A stretch of 64,000 nucleotides of DNA from Octopus sinensis. Its lineage: Eukaryota. Below are positions 51,250 to 64,000 of the stretch, piece after piece. Made by a program: the position numbers and the translations under genes. The stretch is taken from assembly GCF_006345805.1 (NCBI RefSeq), contig NC_043000.1, positions 34,968,001 to 35,032,000 on the forward strand, in the 5' to 3' direction. The notes beneath the pieces were generated by a model. It did not search any database. It was not told where the DNA came from and was given only the letters and a program-made list of their open reading frames with translations. The number at the start of each line of letters is the position of its first letter. Within the stretch, counting starts at the first letter, position 1.

Positions 51250-51410
51250 GTGGCTAACAGAAATTGATAGCAAGCTGCTTCTATGTTGTGAGTTCAAATT
51301 CTGCCGCGATTGACTTTATTTTACATCTTTTGGGGTCGATAAAATAGGTACCAGTTGAGCATTGGGGTTGGTATAATTGATTTGTCCCCTCTATCGAAAT
51401 TGCTGGCATT
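51250..51410 (+). mobile_element. SINE family B copy (internally deleted)
   Basis: GAGTTCAAATTCTGCCGCG...GGGGTCGATAAAATAGGTACCAGTTGAGCATTGGGG. Confidence 0.7.
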
Positions 51411-53789
51411 TTCTTTGAAGCCTACACATGTCTTCAGCAGTCACCGCCCAGGTTTCACTGCGGTGTAGTATGGCTGTTCGCATACAATCTACCTTTCACT
51501 CAGAGTAAGAGGCCCTTTGTCACCAGTAGAGGTAGGAGCTTTCTGAACTTTGCCCAGGCTATTCTTATTCTAGTGGCAATGCTCTCCGAGCACCCCCCCC
51601 CCCACTACAGACTTGGTCACCTAGGTAGTGGAAGCTACTTCTAGTTTCTCTCCCTGTGATGGAATATATTTCATTGTGTCTTTACCAACAAATTATGTGT
51701 TCTGTCTTACCACTGTATTGTTAGAAGAATGTTCCAGCTAATATAATCGACTAGCTCTCCAAGGCAAAATTTCAGGTCATCTGCTTAGAGTAGAAAAAGA
51801 TTGTTTCCAACTCCCTCTTAGTCAGTTTAATCCTTCTGTTCATCATCTCATAATCAGAGAAACAGTTTATTGGCTAATAAATAACTTTTATTAATAAAAC
51901 TGATGAGAAATGCTAGAATCCACTTCTGACCACCAACAATAATAATGATAATAATTTTCTAACATAGTCACTGTTTCCTGTTGCTTTAATTGACAGCAGC
52001 GAATTCAATGAGCTCCTATCTTTGCTGTACTTGAAGAAGAAATAAAAAGCAAAACCCAAATTGTTTTATATAATCCTTAACTAATGGACATGTGTTAACA
52101 GATACGTTTTCTATGTGGACCTCCTCCTGCTTACAGAGACACACTTACACACATAAATTACTACTATGAGTGTGGAGTCACCTTACCCCACATCAGAGTT
52201 CATTAGTGCAGATAAATAACATCAGATTTCTCCTATCAATGATAGCAGGAGTTACTTGGGACTAATTCTCATATAATTATCTCTCTCTTTCTCTCTCCCC
52301 TTCTTTCTCCCCACCCCTATTCCCATTGCAGTTCTAGACTGTCTTCTCTTCCCCATCCTTCCTCTTGATTGGTTGTTTTAACCCAACCAACTTACCTACT
52401 GCCAGCTACTTACTTACTACTCTGACTCTATTCCTTAACACTCAACTGACCTACATTTTCCACTGGAGGCATCTACCTCAGCCTCTCCCCCCCCCCGTCT
52501 CCATCACATTGTCACTAACCACACCTACTGCACTCATGTCATCATCTCCAATGTCAGTTCTCTCTCTCTCTCTTTCTCTCTCCTTTCCCATCTGCCAAAC
52601 TCCTTTCATTCATATTGTCCACACCCCTCCCTCTCTTATTCCTTATCACACCCTTTTTCATTTACTTTTATCCAACTCTTCTTATTGCACCTCCTCCTAC
52701 TCTCCCTCCACCACTCCCACTTTTTTCTCTGATTTTTTTCACTTTCTTCCTTTTCCATTAGTTATATATATTTCCTTTTTCTTGAATTTTATTCCCCACC
52801 ACTTTCTGTACATTAGTCCCCTTTAACCCCAACCTAAGCAGTCCCTTTTTTGCTTATTTCAGCTGGCCAATATATAGACCCCTTCACATGTGTGTGTGTG
52901 TGTGTGTGTGTATAAACCCCCCTTAATCATAGATGGGTCAAAGGGCAACTAACACCTGATTAGCAAAAGTTGTCTGGCTTGGCCCTTTTTGCTTCTATCT
53001 TTTTATCCTGTTTCAATCATTTAGGCTGCAGTCTTCCTTGTGCTGGGGGTACCATCTTGAAAGATTGTAGTTGAGCAAATTGACTCCAGTGTTTATTTTT
53101 TAAGTTTGGTACTTATTCTGTCAATCTGTTTTGCCAAACCACTATGTTGTTGGAATGTAAACCTTATGACAAGACCAGGTGGGGAACAAAGAGAAACACC
53201 CCTCCCCACACACACATGAGGATATTATTATTTATAATATCAGTGGCTTAGCATGTGTAAATAACCCATAAAGGTATTAATTATTAATTGATATATATCA
53301 TGCCCATGCCAGCATAGAAGGCGGACTTTAAATGAGGATGATCATATATACACATAATGGGCTTTCATACACATTCTGCTTACAGATTTACTCACAAGCC
53401 ATTGGTCGATCTGGGGTTATAGCAGACAAAAACTTGAGCAAGGTGCCACACAGTGGGGCTGAACCCAAAATGTGGTTGCATAGTGAGCTTCTTAACCATA
53501 TACACATACACTTGTGCTTACACTGGTTCTGAATTCAGTTTTAAAACATTCTAATGCACAAAATTGCTTTCATCAATTTTACCTACCTTTCTCTGTCTCT
53601 TTCTCTCCCCCTTTCTCTTTGTCATACACACACACACACACACACAATCCCCTCCTGTACAATTTTCATGGATTTTCTGTTTCTATGCACACACACACAC
53701 ACACACACATCACATAAATATACATACTTTCTTTCATTGATTTCAATTTTTTAGACTGTAGCCATGCAGGGCCATCACCTACAAGGATA

Positions 53790-54110
53790 TCTAATCATGG
53801 CTGTTGACATCAGAACTTAGCCTGGTTCTCAGTTCACTGATCTCTGTAGTGTGCAATATATTATTTCCCTGTAAGTACACAAATTCCAGGACCTCTGTTG
53901 TTCTGGCATCTATATTCTCAGACTTAGACAAGCCCTTTTGTTTTGCTTGTTTTTTTGAGGAAGACTGATATATAAGATGGGATATAAGCCTGCTCTTGCT
54001 CCACACCGTTGATGTTGTCCAAAGAAAGGTCAGTACCTCAAGGCTGTTACAGCTTGGTACCACTTATGACGAAGATATTGTTAACAGAATGCAAATGGCA
54101 AGAACAAATG
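53790..54110 (-). pseudogene. Very decayed RTE-like RT fragment
   Basis: NIDARTTEVLEFVYLQG resembles I...E.V.EF.YLGS, and ISELRTRL resembles .EIRRRL. Confidence 0.4.
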
Positions 54111-54699
54111 CAGTAAGGAATCTTGTCTGAAGCTTGAACAGTTCCACCCTTCCCCTGGCCCAAAGATGAAAGGTCAAGTCGACCTTCACTCATTACATGT
54201 TGTATACATAGAAATTCATTGATGATGTCAAGTTAATTCTTCTTGTAACACTCTTGCTCAAGCTAGAGTCCCTACGACTGTTTCGTTCTTTGTTATATGA
54301 TTTTTATTGTACTTTAAATATATTGTCATCTTACTTCACCAAACATTAATCTGTATCTCATTGATGTTGTCATGAGAGGGTCTCCCCCTCCCCTGCTATT
54401 AGCACCACTACCATGCTATACATAGCCTAGCTTAGTGTTCTTTTACTGGTTTCATTCTATCAGATGTGGCCATACTGGAGCACGATCTGTAATCTGCCAC
54501 AGTGATCTTGGCACAGGGATTTGATAACTCAGAATATTATGAAATGCAGCCAAAGACCACAAAATTTGTCTCCTCAATCGATTTTGCACGTCAATTTTCT
54601 AAGTTTTAACTTTCAGATGACCCCAAGTGGTTGCTGGTAATGTGCCACCATTGTTGATTCTATTGCTTCCATAATCTGTCTTCCGCAAATCAACATTAT

Positions 54700-54900
54700 C
54701 ATCTAATCCAATGGTTGGATGCTAATTCAACACTGCTATCTTCTAGTTTATGGGTTGGACGGTCTGGCAGGAACTGGCAAGCAGGAGGGCTGCACCAGGT
54801 TCCAGTCATCTGGTTTTGCAAGGTTTCTACTGCTGGAAATCCTTTGTAATGCCAGCACTTCACATAGGGTGTGTGGCACTGGCATGGGTGCTTGTGATGT
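54700..54900 (-). mobile_element. Old RTE-type tail fragment
   Basis: ATGGGTTGGACGGTCTGGCAGG...GCTGCACCAGGTTCCAGTC. Confidence 0.55.
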
Positions 54901-55733
54901 GATGCTGGTACATAGTATGCTTTTTACATGGGGCTGGCAAATCATTACATATTTAATAAGCACCAGTAATATACTGAGCTCCATTCACTTCATTAGGTCT
55001 CCTGTTAGGAAAATTGGCCCATGATTTAATAAAACTGACTATTTGACTAAAAAGGGTGAGTTAGTCTAGCAAACAGCTTATCTGATGGTTCTGTTTTCAA
55101 TTCCCATTGTTTCCAGACTTTCAGATCTCTTGTCCCAGAATAATAGATCAGTAACAGTTTACCATTAATGCTCTAAATTTGCCAGGTAAAGATTACCATT
55201 TTACTACTTTGAATAATAACAATCAGAAGGAATAATTTGAGGTCATTGTTTTAATTGTTGTTTTTGTTGATTTTGAGTTATTTTCTCAAAATCTTTTAGC
55301 GTAACCTTGACACATTTCATTTCTTTTATTGTTTATGCTGTCCTTTTATGTTTTTATTAAGAACTGAAAATTTTATTTATTGCAATGTTTTCAGTATTGC
55401 AGATATTAATTTAAATTATTAATTTAATTATTTAATTTATGAAGATATTAGGTTAGCTTCAATTTACTTGATTTTTTTTTCTCAGATGGTGTATTTATAC
55501 ATTTTTGGCTAATTAAAAATAAATATTTGGTCTTTCATACAATCTACATGATATTTGTGTATACACGTAGTTATAACACCTGGTTGGTACTGTTCAGGTG
55601 AGAAAACCATAGTGATATCTGTGGGGCAGCTGATGATGGGGGTATGTTGGATTGTTGGTATGACTGTTATTGTTTGTGCAGAATAGTTTTATAACACATT
55701 CATTTGATATACGTGTATGTGTGTGTGTCTGTG

Positions 55734-55767
<34 letters not shown>

Positions 55768-55776
55768 TATATATAT

Positions 55777-55809
<33 letters not shown>

Positions 55810-55813
55810 CACT

Positions 55814-55849
<36 letters not shown>

Positions 55850-56151
55850 CACATATATATAAGATTATGTAAATGACAAGAAATTATGTCATTAACCTCA
55901 TTAGCTTACATCTGTTTCTGCTATACGATGCAATGCACCCACAGATGAGTTCTTGTGTATCACCTCATAGCTTTCTGGGAGCTTCAGAAATGAAGTGCAC
56001 TTCACTTTTGAAGCACTGAAGAAGCTATTGGTCGATGCCCTCAACTATAAATATATTTTATCTTAAAGCAGAAACAAATGTATGTTAATGGAGTTCATTG
56101 CATAAGATATGAAAGATATGGATACACAGACATTTATATGTAAGTTTTTAC

Positions 56152-56629
56152 CAGAGCTGTGGAGCCGAAACAAAAACTTTGACTCTGACTCCTCTACTAT
56201 GGGTACCTCCATCTCCTCTTTGTGTAATTGATTGCAACCTACATATCTCATAAAGCATATGCATTCACTTGTACTTTGAGTAGGCTTATATGTTATAACT
56301 GGTTTATATTCTTTTCTACTCTAGGTACAAGGCTTGAAATTTTGGGGGAGGGGTGGTGGTAGTCAGTCAATTAGATCGACCCCAAAATGTAACTGGTACT
56401 TAATTTATTGACTCTGAAAGGACGAAAGGCAAAGTCAACCTTGGCGGAATTTGAACTCAGAAGGTAAAGTCAGATGAAATACTGCTAAGCATTTTGCTCG
56501 GCATGCTAATGTTTCTGCTAACTCACTGCCTTGTGTGTTAACGTTTCTGCCAGACATTGCAAGTTAGAGTCGGAGTCAGTATAGTCCAACTCCAGCTACC
56601 CCTTAATTGTTTTCTACTCCACAGCCCTG
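56152..56629. mobile_element. hAT MITE with 8-bp TSD, containing a nested SINE family B copy (about 56305-56531, minus)
   Basis: TIRs CAGAGCTGTGGAG / CTCCACAGCCCTG. Flanks GTTTTTAC (56144-51) and GTTTCTAC (56630-37) match at 7 of 8 positions. Confidence 0.75.
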
Positions 56630-56932
56630 GTTTCTACGTATGTTTCACCATTATGGTTGTTTGGAGTCCTGCAATGAAAGTTCCAAATGAGCATACATAG
56701 TCAACCATACTTCATTGGAGAATGCTTTATTGCCTCACGTTACTTCAGTATAAATTTGTGTTTATACTTCTGTTTCCTATATTTGCTCTGTCGCTCATAA
56801 CTGGCAATATGACCTGGCAAAGCAGTTGTTAACTATACAGGAAGCAGGCTGGATTAAGAAAATCTATGTGGAGGTCTAAACAGTAGCAGTCATAAAACTA
56901 CTTGTATACATCATTTCTACTATACATATATC

Positions 56933-57270
56933 AGCATCATCATTTTCCATGCTGGCATGGGTTGGATGCTTTGACCAGAGCTGGCAAGCTGAGGAGCTGC
57001 ACCAGCCTCCAGTCCGATTTGACATGGTTTCTATGGCTTTCCTAATGCCAACCACTTTACAAAGTGTGATGGGTGCTTTTATGTGACACTGCATGGGCAC
57101 TATTACATGGCACTGCCATGAGTGCTTCACGCTACCAGAAGGATCGGTTTTAACACTTCTGCTGCAGAGCAAGGCACCAGGCATCTTGGTCCTTTGTCAT
57201 CTTGCCTGAAACGTTCAGTGTCCTGAGGTCATTCTTCAGTACTTCATCCTATGTGTTCCAAAGTGGATGG
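56933..57270 (-). mobile_element. RTE LINE 3' end including ORF2 C-terminus
   Basis: (CAT)n tail plus minus-strand DEVLKNDLRTLNVSGKMTKDQDAW. Confidence 0.7.
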
Positions 57271-58875
57271 AACACTTCCATGTGTTCCATCCACTTTGAT
57301 AGATTGGCACTTTATGTGTGTGTGTGTATCCATGCATACAATATTCTTAGTGCTTGCATACCATCAATGTTTGGGGATTTTCATGTGGTTAAAGAACATC
57401 TTTAATAATTGATAGGTTGATATTGATACTGATGTCAGTGGCGAGGAAGGATAAAGGTGTGTAAGGAGGTGTGAATGCGAAGGACAGAGTGCAAATTAAC
57501 TGATAGAAAACTTGAAAGAAAAGGAAACAGTAGTAATGTACAAAAGAGAATTTTGCACCAGTAAAGACATGGAGTTCAAATCTAGGGTCTTGGTTGGAAA
57601 GAACCCGAGACAGAGGGTGTTTAAGGAAGACCTGAGAAAAAGTAGAGTTTTTAGAAGGTTGAATTTTATGAAAGAAATGACAAAACATAGCAAACAAATG
57701 GTTGAACACTGCTGGAGACAACCCATCTAACTTTTGCAAATATAGGGGTGGGGTGGAGAAATAGTCATTAACTGATGATGATGATGATAACAGTGGTGGC
57801 TCAGTTTTGTATTTCTATAGTATAACAGAAATGGGTATTGTGGAGAAAAGGAAGAAGAACTGATATAGTTTCATTATTAATTCAGTATTAAATTTACTTA
57901 TTTATTGGAAACATATACCAAGAAACACTCGGTAAATTTGAATAATTGAGGTGAAGTAGGTGGTTGTGCACACCTGTCCAACAAATTGTTGCATGGAAAA
58001 TAGATGGAATGACAAAAATAGTGCAATATGATAGTGAAATATGTGCATGAAGTATAATAGAGGCAATGGTTGATCATAGATTAAAAACCTGCTGCAGACG
58101 TGGCATGTTGTAGCACTGACTCTCTCTTTGTCTCTCTCTCTCTCATACTACAAACATCTAGATATTCCAAATTCTCAACTGTGTGGTTGGTCTAAGGATT
58201 AGGTATCCATTCCTGAAACACCTGCTCCTGCAATTCATACAAATGTTCAAATTTGCAAAATCATCTACAACACACCCACACACCACACAAACATGCACAT
58301 CTTGACGATGCACAAACATATCGTGCACATGCATACACCATTCACTAACTCACCTCACGCAGACACCACACAAACACAAACAACACAGACATGCATGCAC
58401 ACACACACATACACAAGGACACACAGCCACACACACAGAGAAAGGCAAAATGAATAGAAAGTTTAGATTCATGTGGTAACGTCATTATCAGTCAAAGAAG
58501 TTACAGGTAAAAGCTGTCTGTCTGCCATCTGCTGGTGAGTAAGAACTTGAAGAATTTTAGTGCAACCAGACATGAGTATAAATAAAATGGTCAATAAATG
58601 GATTGAAGAACTTGGATCTTTCCAAACAGTTTGGTACACACATGGGCTAAGACTTGATGTTTGCGCTAAGACTTGATGGTTTTTGTATGTCTATTTTTTA
58701 CAGTAACAGTTTAATGTGTTTTTGAACTGCCAATGGCATAGGAGAGCATAGAGATTAAAGTAGTACTTGAGAAAAAGTTAGCAGCTAATTTAAAGTATCA
58801 TTAAACATGAAACCATTAGTAGCTCGTTTGTAGCTTTGTATTAAATTACATATGTATGAATGTATGTATCTTTGT

Positions 58876-59320
58876 ATGTTTTGGGTCACCCCATAAATAA
58901 TGCGCTTTTTTCAATTGCATAAACGAAAAATCGGAAGGGGACAGCATAAACTACCTGCATCAACTTGCTATAGAAGCAGGTAGTAATTTTATCTTGTACT
59001 TATTCTTAGTGCAACTTTTGAAGAGTGCAGTTCATTTTTAACAATTATTTTTTCAAAGCTATAATGGAAGTGACAAAGGAGCATATTCAGCATATTTTGC
59101 TTTATGAGTTCAATAAAGGCAACAACACAACAGAAAGTGCGAGGAATATTAATGCAGTATATGGGGATTAGACAAGCTGGAAACTACAGCTTTGAAGATG
59201 GGCCTTGTTCTGGAAGATCTGTAGGGCTTGATGAGGACGTCCTGCAAACCCTGGTGGAGCAAAATCCTATTGTAACTGTTGAAGAACTAGCAGAGAAACT
59301 TGGATTTGGTCATTCCAAGT
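58876..59320 (+). mobile_element. 5' part of a mariner transposon (third subfamily)
   Basis: TIR-like TGGGTCACCCCATAAATAATGCG; ATG at 59064 MEVTKEHIQHILLYEFNKG...VYG, then after a deletion GNYSFEDGPCSGRSVGLDEDVLQTLVEQNPIVTVEELAEKLG (mariner HTH region). Confidence 0.85.
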
Positions 59321-59699
59321 TTCTCTGCTAGTTCTTCAACAGTTACAATAGGATTCTTCAGTTTTATTTCAAGATTCCTTGCCAATAGTGTAAGAGCCGG
59401 TTTCTAATATAGATCTAAGGCTCCTTCATTAAAATTTCAACATCAGTGACAGTATTTTTGTTTGTTTGTTTGTTTATGTGCAGATTTGGATGTTTTGTTT
59501 TATGTATGTCTTCTCATGCATATATTTGCATATCTAGACATGTTCATATATACTTAAATGATAAACTTCTGGAAAGTTTTACAGACTTTAACAGTTCCAC
59601 TGATGAATTGGATCTGTATTCTTTGAATTAGCTTTCTCCTTTCTGGTTTTGAGAAGCCTAATTTCTCAAGATTGATATTTAGGCAGTGTGTTACATATC

Positions 59700-59976
59700 A
59701 CAAGATCACAATAAAAAAGCACCATCCGAATGTGGCCGATGCCAGTGCTGCTATGACTGGCTTCTGTGCCAGTGGAACGTAAAAAGCACCATCCAATCAT
59801 GGCCAATGCCAGCTCCCCTGGCCCCTGTGCCAGTGGTGTTAGGAAGGGCTTCCAGCTGTAGAAACACTGTCAGATCAGATTGGGGCCTGGTGCAGCCTCC
59901 TGGCTTCCCAGACCCCAGTCGAACCGTGCAACCCATTGCCAGCATGGAAAACAGACATTAAATGATGATGATGATG
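59700..59976 (+). mobile_element. RTE-type 3' UTR fragment
   Basis: AAAAAGCACCATCCGAATG sub-repeats and tail ...GCATGGAAAACAGACATTAAAT(GAT)n. Confidence 0.8.
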
Positions 59977-59984
59977 TAATCGGA

Positions 59985-60272
59985 ATTAGAGTAACTGCAG
60001 ATTTCTCAACAATTCAGCGTAGGGTATTCTCTTTTTTCACTGATCTTCAGCTTTATGTTAACATCGGCTGGGCAGCTAATTTCCACAACCGTGCGCAGTT
60101 TCTCTTCTCTATTCCAAATAATTGTATCAGGTCTGTCGTTTATACATGTCATTGAACTTTTCACTGAGACATTCCACCAGTAATCCCTTTTATTATGAGT
60201 AGCTATGGCTTCCACCATACTGTAGGTTCTTATTTCGTTGTCCTCGGGGTTATCCTTCTGACGGATGTCATT
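59985..60272 (-). pseudogene. Restriction-like endonuclease domain of an RLE-type non-LTR retrotransposon (R4/Dong/NeSL-like)
   Basis: YWWNVSVKSSMTCINDRPDTIIWNREEKLRTVVEISCPADVNIKLKISEK matches the RPD..(I/V)(D/E)...P.D.N...KE.EK..Y motif. A frameshift follows. Confidence 0.75.
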
Positions 60273-60605
60273 ATATATTGTGTGTGTGTGTGTGTGTGTG
60301 TGCCAATACAGTTAAGTCCAGATAAAGGGACTCCTGCATGTAAGATGGTTTTGTTTACTTAGTCTGTAAAAGAATTAGAAAGCATTTTCATACTAACCAT
60401 CCCCATCACCATCTGCCTATTGTCTCCTGCATCCCCATGCCATGGGTCATCTTTGTTACAATGCTTGGCAAATCTTTCAATGGCCTTTAAAGACAAGATT
60501 GTTCAATGTTTAAACCCAACTGCTAGAAAATGGTCATGTCTGGGCATGATTAGATAGTAATTGTGTGTGTGGTCTACTACTACTACTACTGCTGCTGCTT
60601 CTTTT

Positions 60606-61384
60606 CCCTTTGAAGGCAGATCGAGAAATTAATTTTTTGTAACTAAACACTTTCAGACTTCGAACACTGGTAGAATGTGTCATATAAAATATCTTTTAGT
60701 CTTAGCGTTTTTGAGAAAAAGTTTATATTTATGAAGTTATTTGTGTTAAAGTTGTCGTATTTTGGTAATTTCAACCAATCGATGATGTGTATTCAGCTGA
60801 ATAAAATTACTGCCATTGTTTGTCAACAATAACTATTGGCAGTGTATATTATGTTTGTCACTGTTATTTATGACATTGTTCACGCGTTTGTACTGGTTTT
60901 AGCTTTCAGGTTTTAGGGCTAGGGTTAGAGTTACAGGGGGGGGATGAAAAATTAAGAAATTGGAGGGGTGGGGTGGGGACAAAACGTCTTTCCAAAAATA
61001 CTAGCTGAAAAACAGAAAAATAAGCTAAAAGCAGTAGAAATGCACGAACGATTATGATGGTGCCATGAAGTAAACATGCTTCAGATACACTCGTTTATTC
61101 ATACAAACGTAACTGAGATGAAATATGCCATAAATAACACTGACAAACGAAATATACATCGCCGGAAGTTGTTGTTGACAAACAACGGCAGTAATTTTAT
61201 TCAGCTGAATTGATTGGTTGAAATTACCAAAATACAACTTTAACACAAAATAACTTCATAAATATAAACTTTTCTCAAAAATGCTAAGAGTAAAAGATGT
61301 TTAATATGACACATTTTACCAGTATACAAAGTTTGAAGGTGTTTAGTTACAAAAAATTATTTTCTAAATCTGCCAGTCAAAAGG
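60606..61384. mobile_element. MITE/foldback element with about 270-bp imperfect TIRs
   Basis: About 60606-60880 is the reverse complement of about 61120-61384 (e.g. GTAACTAAACAC/GTGTTTAGTTAC, TTCAGCTGAATAAAATTACTGCC/GGCAGTAATTTTATTCAGCTGAA). Termini are CCCTTTGA / TCAAAAGG. Confidence 0.8.
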
Positions 61385-64000
61385 TAAAGATTCCTACTGC
61401 TGTTTAGAGGTTCATATAAACTGACTAGACTGGAACACTACATTATTTTCTTGAGCAAGGCATTCTATTCCACATGCCATTGTTTACCTACTTTGTTGGC
61501 TGGTTGAAACAATTAACACTCCTCTCATATTCGAGTAACTATCTGGTGTTTTTGAGAAAGAAATTAAGCAGATAATTGTTCGTAAGAATGTGGCCCAAGC
61601 TAATCTAAGCGTCAGGTCTTTGGTACTATTAATGATAGCATCTTGTTGATATTGGTAAAGTGATTGTTTGCTATCAGAGTCACTATTAACATTTCCAGTG
61701 ATAAATCTTAGAAACTTGCTCAAATGTTTTAGTATCTTTGGAGATTAATAATCATCATAATGTTTCTCTAATCTTGCATGACCTGGATAAGCCCTTAGTA
61801 CAACTTATCACCCATACCTTACAACCTTACTGTGCCTTATCTGGAGTGTTAACCTTACTCTTTTTCCTAAGTTCTTAATTTCTGTCTGGTTACTCTCCAC
61901 TGTCAACTCTGTATTTTACTTGGAGGATATCAATCCAGTCGTATCACATGTTCACACCAACTGCTTCCTACTCAGACTCCACTATTGAAGAAATTGCTTG
62001 TCATGGCAATTTTTGTTCATTTGATATGTTAAGCTCCGGTCTGGAGTAAATAGCAACACTCATGCTGTTACTGGTAACAGGATCAAAAATGCTGAATAGT
62101 AACTTGTCATTACTGAGTACAACTCACCATCGAATTACTATTATTCCATTCGACCAATTGAGTATTTTCTTTTACTCAAATTTTAACATCCTGTATGGTA
62201 GAAATCCATAAAATACCTTATCTGTCTGTGCCATCTTATACCAGCTGGAACTGCATGAATGGAATCACTCTTGTTTGCATTGTCGTTGGCGATATCCATC
62301 TCTGTTACTAATTGCAATTTTAATTTCTTACTGACTCGTGTTTATTCATCATCTAATTTTCATAGATTAGTAATTAACTAACTATCACTCAGGCTCATTA
62401 CTTCTTAGCATAAATGACTACTTACATTAGATATTTGCAATTTTTGCAGTAATCTGACCACAATAAACAGTTTTGCAGTAATCTGACCACTATAAACATT
62501 TAAATAAATAAACTCATTTTTAACTATTTTCTGCCCAGTCATTACAAAACTGACTTTTTGACTTTGAAATTTTTAAGGTCATGTTAAGAAATGGATTTCG
62601 CACCAGTCTGATGATAGTACCTAGCATCCACTAAATGTATATGTATGTGTGTGAGTGTGTTTCAATAGTTTGTAAATGACAAAGTTTGCATCAGATTTCA
62701 CTTATGATAACGTTGAAAGAAACAGATAAAAGGAAGATTAGCTGTGATTATAAACCACTTAAAACCCTATTTTCATGATACCCTCTGAGTTATCTCGTAT
62801 TAATAAGTTATTTAATTTACCATTTGTAATATCATTTTCTGTGTGTGGAACCAGTTAAAAACAAGATCTTATTTTTCTGCATGGTTTCTATAAAACATAG
62901 GCTTCATTAATGGAATTGTTTGTATTTATAATAGAACTAATGTTGTTACCTGCCATTTATGGCTCTCACCATAATAGATTTTAATTGGATGTACGTGTTG
63001 AAAGGCATTCATCTATGTATGATGGCAGAATAACACTGACTTCTTTTTTTATTATTATTTAGATTTTTATCTTTTTTGTTGTTTTTGCTTCCTGAAATTT
63101 GCGATGGTTTTAACATATATTGCAATTATAGCAAATGATAAATAGATGCAACTAAATATAGTCCCGGGTGAATGAAAGAAAAATTAAAATATCTCTAATG
63201 TTTAGAATTGTATGTTTATTTGTTAAAATTTTATTTAAACCAAAATCTAATAATAGTATTAAAGTATTTCATAAAGTTCAAGTGTGACATTAGCTTTATC
63301 ATTGTTAATGCCATTAACACCATATTACATAAAGTGAGAGAAAATAAATGAATGTGTTTGCTATTATTTCACTGATGAATGAAATCTGCAGTAAATCAAG
63401 ACAAATTTTACTAACTGACAATAGAGTTTCAACTGTATTTGAATTTTGACACAATATCACTAAATGTGAATGTACCACAGATGGCTGAATCAATAAATGT
63501 ACTGGATAAACCAGCTGAGAGGTGGACTGTTGTGTCATCTGTACTCTTTTGAATCCAACTCCACCATACAATTAGATGAAAGTAGGCACTGTAGCAATAA
63601 ACTTGTCATCACATTCCAGATATTTTAAACTCGCTGTCACGAGTTCAATTCCTCATTAAGTATGATCCAAAGAGGAATATTTTATTTTGTGTTGTTTTAC
63701 CTTAGAAGTTAGTGGAGCTAATGTCCCTTTGATGTTTACAGACAGACAGGTGAAAGTAATTGCATTTCAGTTACACATTTAATGGTTTAATTATGACATG
63801 ATTTCACACGTCACAAAACATCATGAACTCTCAATTTATGATCTGTCACATAGTCAAACGACTTGCTAGAAACAGTTGTCAAATCACCTTGAACTCCTTA
63901 CATGCAATCACAAGAAAACAAAACTAAAACAAAAACATTAGATCATGTAATAATCAACTACTCTTAAAAATGTAAGTTGGTCATAGCTGGAAGATCTTTC

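Noticed and set aside
60905-60935. TTAGGG-like run as an interstitial telomere
   Set aside because: Only 2-3 degenerate units, and they lie inside a MITE.
61440-62330. Possible decayed hAT-like transposase on the minus strand (PDSYSNMRG)
   Set aside because: Only one weak motif among many stops; I cannot support it by eye.
1-64000. CRISPR arrays, operons or other prokaryotic systems
   Set aside because: The sequence is eukaryotic repeat-rich DNA; there are no regularly spaced repeat-spacer arrays or dense ORFs.

Overview
AT-rich, microsatellite-dense eukaryotic DNA. It is most likely a cephalopod (Octopus-like) intron or intergenic region, inferred from the SINE and LINE families recognised from memory. 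No host protein-coding gene can be supported, and most ORFs in the supplied track are microsatellite, palindrome or decayed-transposon artefacts. The window is a mosaic of decayed mobile elements: many RTE-LINE 3' ends, two tRNA-derived SINE families, three mariner remnants, a hAT/Buster transposase remnant, a CR1-like 3' end, a restriction-like-endonuclease (R4/Dong/NeSL-type) LINE fragment and several MITEs. The most notable signal is at least five sequence-unrelated families of short elements carrying minimal type-I hammerhead ribozyme motifs (CUGANGA / stem II / GAAA / palindromic stem III / NUH). These resemble Penelope-like element (PLE) 3' ends, and four insertions are head-to-head inverted repeats. 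One family has a tRNA-like Pol III head fused to the hammerhead tail and 13-14 bp target-site duplications, so it looks like a SINE mobilised by Penelope-type machinery. Another family has U instead of the conserved A at hammerhead position 6 in both copies. All structure calls were made by eye; no alignment, folding or database search was run, and boundaries of decayed elements are approximate.
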